NCBI RefSeq assembly: GCF_002075285.3
Contig: NZ_CP021983.2
Location: forward strand, 4,650,001-4,682,000
DNA from: Halomicronema hongdechloris C2206
Lineage (GTDB): Bacteria > Cyanobacteriota > Cyanobacteriia > Phormidesmidales > Phormidesmidaceae
Direction of reading: 5' to 3'
DNA: 32,000 bases
This document shows, piece after piece, positions 25,625 to 30,215 of this stretch. Position 1 is the stretch's first letter. Every line of letters begins with the position of its first letter. The position numbers and the translations under genes were made by a program. The notes under the pieces are model-generated. The model ran no database searches. It saw nothing but the letters and a program-made list of their open reading frames with translations, and was not told the DNA's origin.

Positions 25625-27196
25625 GTGCGGTACTCGGGGGTTATGGCTAGGGTCACGATTGCGGCTGGGTCACAGATTACTGCTGATGCGGGGGCTACCA
25701 TCGCCAATCAGGGAGGCAACGCGGTAGATGCGGCCCTGGCCGCCACCTTGGTGGCCATGAGCACGGATCTTGGGGTGATGGCCCCGGGGGCCAGCGGCTT
25801 TATCGCCGTCTGGCCGGCTGCAGGGGAGCCTGTGGTGATTGACGCCTATGCTGACATGCCGGGCGCGTTTAGCCTCCCCTCGGTGGGGCAGGGCACCTTC
25901 GACGTCAGGTTTGATTACGGCGGTCCCATGAGCAATCGGGTGGGCTACGGGCTCGGTGGCCACGCCGGGCATCTTTGCGGGGTTGGTTTAGCCTCTAACC
26001 AGTATGGCACCTTGCCCTGGCGACATGTAGTCACCCCGGCCATTGACTGGGTTGAGCGGGGATTTCCCCTCACCGGCGGCGCGGCCGAGTACTTGCGCTA
26101 TACCCATGAGGCTATCTTTAGCTGGCATCCCGACAGCTATCGAGCCCTGCACCACGATGATGGCCGCTTGCTGCAGCAGGGAGAGATTGTTCACATTCCC
26201 GACCTGGCCGATAGTCTTGCGGTTGATTGCAGATCAGGGTGTCGCGGCTTTTTACACGGGGGAATCGGCCAGCGGATGGCGGCAGACATTCAGGCCAACG
26301 GTGGCCTGCTGACGGCAGAGGATTTGGCGGCCTATCGGGCTATTCCTCGCCATCCCCTGAGGGTTCAATTCAGTGACTGGCAGGTGGCGACCAATCCGTC
26401 TCCCGCCATTGGCGGCGCTTGTCTGGCGGCGATGCTGCTGCTGCTCGATTACCAGGCCCAGATGCAGGGGGCTTGTCCTTCCATAGAACACCTGATCGAG
26501 AGTCAGCGGGCGGTGTTGGCCTATCGCACCCAGGCCTTGGATGGTTTGGCCGATACCGCTGAGGCTATTACCCAAATGCTGCAACTGGCCCGACAGGGCA
26601 ACTGTCGCGGCCTGGCCAAGTCCCCGTCTACCATCCACATTTCGGCGGTAGATAGCGCGGGCTTGGCTTGCTCCATCAGTGCTTCCGCAGGCTATGGCTC
26701 TGGCGTCATGATCCCTGGCACTGGCCTCTGGTTGAATAATTCCTTGGGAGAAGTGGACCTCCATCCCCAAGGGCTTGAGGACCTGCCCCCCGGCACCCGG
26801 CTCTCTTCTAACATGGCCCCTACCCTGGCCCAGCGCTCCGACGGTGCCAAGTTGGCGATTGGCTCACCGGGAGCCTCCCGCATTACCACGGCCATAGCTC
26901 AGGTGCTGCTCAATATCGTGCACCGCAAGTTAGGACTGGCGGATGCGATCGCATATCCCCGCCTCCATGTAGAAGTCATCGATCAGGCGCTGCGGCTAGC
27001 GTTTGAGCCAGGGCTCTCGATTCCAGACCTACCAGAGTTTTCGGCGTATCCGTTTGAGACTGCATCGATGTACTTCGGGGGAGTGCAAGCGGCATCATGG
27101 ACCCCTGAGGCTGGCTTAGCCGCCGCCGCTGACTTCCGCCGGGCCGGTGGAGTGGCTGAAGGCGGCAGCACCGCGGGGGCTACTGGTGATGGATGA
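25625..27196 (+). CDS. gamma-glutamyltransferase family protein (ORF intact but with two internal out-of-frame segments)
   Basis: GGNAVDAALAA and nucleophile-Thr context PSTIHISAVDSAGLACS; GSPGASRITTAIAQV. The likely start is ATG 25643. Conserved motifs GSVATPGIFAGL and LRLIADQGVAAFYTGE are encoded in a different frame at about 25940-25985 and 26220-26260. Confidence 0.85.
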   Translation: MRYSGVMARVTIAAGSQITADAGATIANQGGNAVDAALAATLVAMSTDLGVMAPGASGFIAVWPAAGEPVVIDAYADMPGAFSLPSVGQGTFDVRFDYGGPMSNRVGYGLGGHAGHLCGVGLASNQYGTLPWRHVVTPAIDWVERGFPLTGGAAEYLRYTHEAIFSWHPDSYRALHHDDGRLLQQGEIVHIPDLADSLAVDCRSGCRGFLHGGIGQRMAADIQANGGLLTAEDLAAYRAIPRHPLRVQFSDWQVATNPSPAIGGACLAAMLLLLDYQAQMQGACPSIEHLIESQRAVLAYRTQALDGLADTAEAITQMLQLARQGNCRGLAKSPSTIHISAVDSAGLACSISASAGYGSGVMIPGTGLWLNNSLGEVDLHPQGLEDLPPGTRLSSNMAPTLAQRSDGAKLAIGSPGASRITTAIAQVLLNIVHRKLGLADAIAYPRLHVEVIDQALRLAFEPGLSIPDLPEFSAYPFETASMYFGGVQAASWTPEAGLAAAADFRRAGGVAEGGSTAGATGDG

Positions 27197-27233
27197 GGCC
27201 GCTGACTTTGAGGATGCCTAATAAGTAACCCTT

Positions 27234-27911
27234 TTAGTGAGCGGCCAATCGTTGCAAAATTTGTGCCACCTGATGCAAGTCATTGCCTGCAACGGTACTC
27301 AGGGTGAACTTGTCCGACAGGCCATACATGCCGGTTTCGCGATCAAGCTTCACAAACAGAAAATCTTCCCCCGTCGTAATTAAGGCAAACACAGGAGAGA
27401 CCGGGGCTGTGACCATATACCCTAGGGTTTGCGCAATGGCCTGCCGCCCACTAAACCCATAGCGCTTGCTCTCAATCACAATCAGCCACAGATGCTCATC
27501 TAGCAACAGCGCATCAATCAAGCCCTCTAGCATGGTCTCGCCATCTTCAATGGCAACGCGTACATATTTCTCACCCCGCACCTGATAAGGGGGATCCATC
27601 AAACTCAAGGTTTCCAGCAGAGGAGCCAGCAGAATCAGGTTGACGGTGCCTTCAGTAATGGCACCGCTGTCGGCATAGAACAAATAGCGCTGCTTCAGGT
27701 GATCCAGCCTGACTTTTTGGGCGTCTGTTAGCGATGGCAGTGGTGCTTGCCATTCCAGAAAAAACGCAGCATCTTGGCTAGGCGCCACCCCTAATTTGGT
27801 GCGGGCTTCATTGAGGTTGGTAATGGCTTGAGTGATGCCAGCAGTGACCATAACAGCAAGCATTGCCTGATGTTCATCACGGTAGCATGGGGCGGATAGA
27901 GATAGAGTCAT
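27234..27911 (-). CDS. PD-(D/E)xK-fold protein of the cyanobacterial HsdR_N-like (type I restriction enzyme R N-terminal domain-like) family
   Basis: The nuclease-like core is EGLIDALLLDEHLWLIVIESKR ... QTLGYM ... ALITTGEDFLFVKL. Candidate starts are ATG 27911, 27863 or 27851. The part of the track ORF at 27912-28184 is the in-frame translation of a DNA tandem repeat and is probably not coding. Confidence 0.75.
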   Translation of the reverse strand: MTLSLSAPCYRDEHQAMLAVMVTAGITQAITNLNEARTKLGVAPSQDAAFFLEWQAPLPSLTDAQKVRLDHLKQRYLFYADSGAITEGTVNLILLAPLLETLSLMDPPYQVRGEKYVRVAIEDGETMLEGLIDALLLDEHLWLIVIESKRYGFSGRQAIAQTLGYMVTAPVSPVFALITTGEDFLFVKLDRETGMYGLSDKFTLSTVAGNDLHQVAQILQRLAAH

Positions 27912-27914
27912 CTC

Positions 27915-28124
27915 GCCTAAACATGGCGGCGTCCTAGAGAAAAATCTATGGGGACCGCCTAGAAATAGATCAGTACCAGCAAAAAATAGCTGCGTCCCAG
28001 AGAAAAGTCTATGGGTCCCGGACAAAAATGGTTGCGTCCCGCCCAGAAATAGATCAGTACCGGCAAAAAATAGCTGCGTCCCAGAGAAAAGTCTATGGGT
28101 CCCGGACAAAAATGGCGGCATCCC
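27915..28124 (-). repeat. ten tandem 21-nt repeats (minus-strand consensus about GGGACNCANNNATTTTTNTCY) with an 84-nt higher-order period
   Basis: Units on the minus strand: gggatgccgccatttttgtcc / gggacccatagacttttctct / gggacgcagctattttttgcc / ggtactgatctatttctgggc / gggacgcaaccatttttgtcc / gggacccatagacttttctct / gggacgcagctattttttgct / ggtactgatctatttctaggc / ggtccccatagatttttctct / aggacgccgccatgtttaggc. The array ends 3 nt before ATG 27911. Confidence 0.9.
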
Positions 28125-28253
28125 GGAATCCAGGCAGAGGTCTTTGCCACTGGTCGATAGCCCGCATTGCGAGGCGATGGTCATTGGCTAAGCCACCCCA
28201 GAGGGGCTAGCCTGGCCCTGCAGGACCATCGCTACCCGTCCTCCGGACTCACA

Positions 28254-28445
28254 ATTTCCGCTTCTGCCCTTCCCAAAGCTGTCTGACCGTAAATAAGGTT
28301 CTCAGGCTCAGGCATTTATCCTGATGTCGTTACTGGATAGAAGCCTGCCCATGCACCCCGCCGCCCACCTCCTCAGCCTCGCCCCTCACCGCTCTCCTCG
28401 TTCCCGCTCTTGAGGTCACCGCCACGCCATCCCAGAAACCGGGTC
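28254..28445 (+). repeat. copy 1 of the TPR-CHAT gene leader plus signal-peptide start (degenerate 5' gene fragment)
   Basis: It aligns by eye with 30030-30215: ttcccaaagct..., ctcaggctcagg..., tatcctgatgtcgt..., then ATG 28351 MHPAAHLLSLA. After a 1-nt frame slip, LTALLVPALEVTATPSQKP parallels LTALFIPVIQVAATQIPET of the intact gene. Similarity stops at 28445. Confidence 0.8.
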
Positions 28446-28470
28446 TTTGCTTGAAATCAAATCACTGTTT

Positions 28471-28803
28471 ATGTTGATTCCCTATGCCGCGAATGCAGTT
28501 GTGGATATTCGTAAACTCCGCGACTATTGCCTAAATTCAGAGCATGATGACGGTAAACACAAAGCGCGGTTGTTTCGGTCAAAGCTGGGTATGACCTCTG
28601 ATGATGCAGAGGCTTTACGTCAAATTCTGCTTGCGGTCGTAGTATCCCGCGAGGCTCAGCTAGGGCGACGCGATCAGTTTGGGCAACGCTACACCGTAGA
28701 TTTCATGGTCGAATGGCAGAATAGAAGTGCAACGGTTCGGAGTGGCTGGATCGTTGAGCATGGCTCAGAAACGCCAAAATTGACGACGTGTTATCCCCTG
28801 TAG
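28471..28803 (+). CDS. DUF6883-like protein (putative toxin-antitoxin-type module component)
   Basis: VDIRKLRDYCLNSEHDDGKHKARLFRSKLGMT ... GQRYTVDFMVEW ... VRSGWIVEHGSETPKLTTCYP matches my memory of DUF6883. The track start TTG 28447 is replaced here by ATG 28471. Confidence 0.7.
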   Translation: MLIPYAANAVVDIRKLRDYCLNSEHDDGKHKARLFRSKLGMTSDDAEALRQILLAVVVSREAQLGRRDQFGQRYTVDFMVEWQNRSATVRSGWIVEHGSETPKLTTCYPL

Positions 28804-28821
28804 TGCTGGGAGACCAGACGT

Positions 28822-29070
28822 ATGACGGCTAATCAAATTAACTTACTAGATGTTGTCGCCTTAACCCTCGATTTGCCGGAGTATGGCTTATTACGTGGGC
28901 AGGTCGGAACCGTTGTCGAGTTGCTCGCTGACGGTCAGGCCTTTGAGGTTGAGTTCAGCGATCGCGACGGTCGCACCTACGAGTCAGTTGGGTTACCGCC
29001 GGAGCAGATCATGGTGCTCCATTTTGAGCCTGCATCACCGAATCATCAGCGCACGATGGCCACAGTTTAA
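28822..29070 (+). CDS. DUF4926-like small protein (usual partner of DUF6883)
   Basis: INLLDVVALTLDLPEYGLLRGQVGTVVELLADGQAFEVEFSDRDGRTYESVGLPPEQIMVL matches the DUF4926 pattern from memory. It lies 18 nt after the preceding gene. Confidence 0.75.
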   Translation: MTANQINLLDVVALTLDLPEYGLLRGQVGTVVELLADGQAFEVEFSDRDGRTYESVGLPPEQIMVLHFEPASPNHQRTMATV

Positions 29071-29093
29071 GCCATGCCGGAGAAGCGGCAACC

Positions 29094-29216
29094 AAAAATT
29101 CAAAATTCAAAGCTTGTCCTCGCGAAGGCGGGGATTCAAAATTCAAAATTCAAAACTCAAAATTCAAAACTCAAAACTCAAAACTCAAAACTCAAAACTC
29201 AAAACTCAAAACTCAA
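29094..29216. repeat. heptanucleotide tandem repeats (AAAAYTC), about 2.5 + 12 copies around a GC-rich 22-nt core
   Basis: aaaaattcaaaattcaaag - cttgtcctcgcgaaggcgggg - attcaaaattcaaaattcaaaactcaaaattcaaaactc(aaaactc)x5 aa. Confidence 0.9.
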
Positions 29217-29342
29217 CCCTTCACCTTTCCCAAAGCTTTCCTAAACCTGAATAACCTCTCCCGGCTCAGAACTATATCCTGATGTCGTTACCGGAATGGA
29301 AACCTGCCCATGCGCCCCGCCGCCCACTTCCTCCACCTCGCT
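29217..29342 (+). repeat. copy 2 of the TPR-CHAT gene leader plus first about 10 codons
   Basis: cccttcacctttcccaaagctttcctaaacctgaataacctctcccggctcagaactatatcctgatgtcgttaccggaatggaaacctgcccATGcgccccgccgcccac is near-identical to 30030-30140. Similarity ends at about 29342. Confidence 0.8.
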
Positions 29343-29416
29343 GATTTCCTCATTTCGGAGGCCAGGTATTCTGGAAGTAATCCTGATTTCTTGAAGAGCA
29401 ATCCCCCTGAGACCCA

Positions 29417-29620
29417 ATGCCCTTAAATCTAACCATCGAATATCCTGACACCTTGCCGGATGCCCTAGGTCGCACCCGTGACCAGTTTGAGCAGGAAGCC
29501 AAATGGGCAATGGCGGTCAAGCTATTTGAGTTGAAGCGGTTATCTTCTGGCATGGCGGCCTCTCTAATCGGAGTCGATCGCATCACCTTGAACTCACCAA
29601 CACTTTCAGCCTGCTGTTGA
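29417..29620 (+). pseudogene. UPF0175-family antitoxin-like gene, 3'-truncated
   Basis: MPLNLTIEYPDTLPDALGRTRDQFEQEAKWAMAVKLFELKRLSSGMAASLIGVDRIT fits UPF0175. The last roughly 10 codons are antisense to a PIN fragment. No partner toxin gene follows. Confidence 0.6.
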
Positions 29621-29664
29621 TCGAGGAGTCGCTCTAACCAGATATTGGTGTCAATCAGATACAT
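29590..29664 (-). pseudogene. PIN-domain (VapC) toxin, N-terminal about 25 codons only
   Basis: MYLIDTNIWLERLLDQQQAESVGEF is a typical VapC N-terminus with the first acidic residue (D5). The rest of the track ORF 29350..29679 is antisense to the UPF0175 gene and not PIN-like. Confidence 0.5.
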
Positions 29665-29869
29665 CGCGGCTCCAGTCATCTACAGTTTCTTGCTGTAGGC
29701 TCAGGCTGGTGTATTGCTCCCGGTAGGCACTCATCGCCCCCGCCCAGTCTTGCTGGAGATAGCGCTGGGGCCGATGCTGGTACTGCTGGAGCAGGTTGGT
29801 CAGATAGGCGATCGCTTGCTGCTGCGCCTGCGGTGGGAGATTTTGAATTTCGTGCAAGATGGGATGCAT
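29651..29869 (-). CDS. DUF2281-type VapB-like antitoxin
   Basis: 72-aa protein (MHPILHEIQNLPPQAQQQAIAYLTNLLQQY ... WAGAMSAYREQYTSLSLQQETVDDW). It overlaps the start of the PIN fragment by 14 nt, as in vapBC operons. Confidence 0.65.
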   Translation of the reverse strand: MHPILHEIQNLPPQAQQQAIAYLTNLLQQYQHRPQRYLQQDWAGAMSAYREQYTSLSLQQETVDDWSRDVSD

Positions 29870-30004
29870 GGGGCCAGAATTGCTAAAGGTGTCTTGAATC
29901 CACTTCCATTCTGCCCGAAAGCCTCAGCCCCGTCCTATTTCCCTGTCCCGGCACTCACCATCCCGCGCTCATTCTTCCCTTACCTTCACCCTCCACTCAA
30001 AGTT

Positions 30005-30215
30005 CGTCCCTTCACCCTTTACCCTTCGCCCTTTCCCGCTTTCCAAAGCTTTCCTAACCCTGCATAAGCTCTCCCGGCTCAGAGCTATATCCTGATGTCG
30101 TCCCCGGAAGGAAAACCTGTCCATGCGCCCCGCCGCTCATCTCCTCAGCCTCGCCACCCTCACCGCCCTGTTTATTCCTGTTATCCAGGTCGCTGCCACC
30201 CAGATTCCGGAGACA
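30005..30215 (+). repeat. copy 3 (the functional one) of the leader plus signal-peptide region
   Basis: It shares the pyrimidine-rich stretch, ttccaaagctttcctaac, ctcccggctcagagctatatcctgatgtcgt and ATGcgccccgccgc with copies 1 and 2. Confidence 0.75.

Noticed and set aside
27915-28124. Possible CRISPR array.
   Set aside because: The units are contiguous 21-mers with no unique spacers. The higher-order period is itself repeated, and no cas genes are nearby.
27912-28184. N-terminal 91-codon extension of the PD-(D/E)xK-like ORF, encoding SGTxLFF heptads.
   Set aside because: The open frame is explained by a 21-nt DNA repeat that lacks stops in several frames on both strands; ORFs 27959..28150(-) and 28028..28210(+) are open as well. 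Homologues of this family, as I recall them, start near the MVTAGITQ position. I kept this as a finding because translation cannot be excluded.
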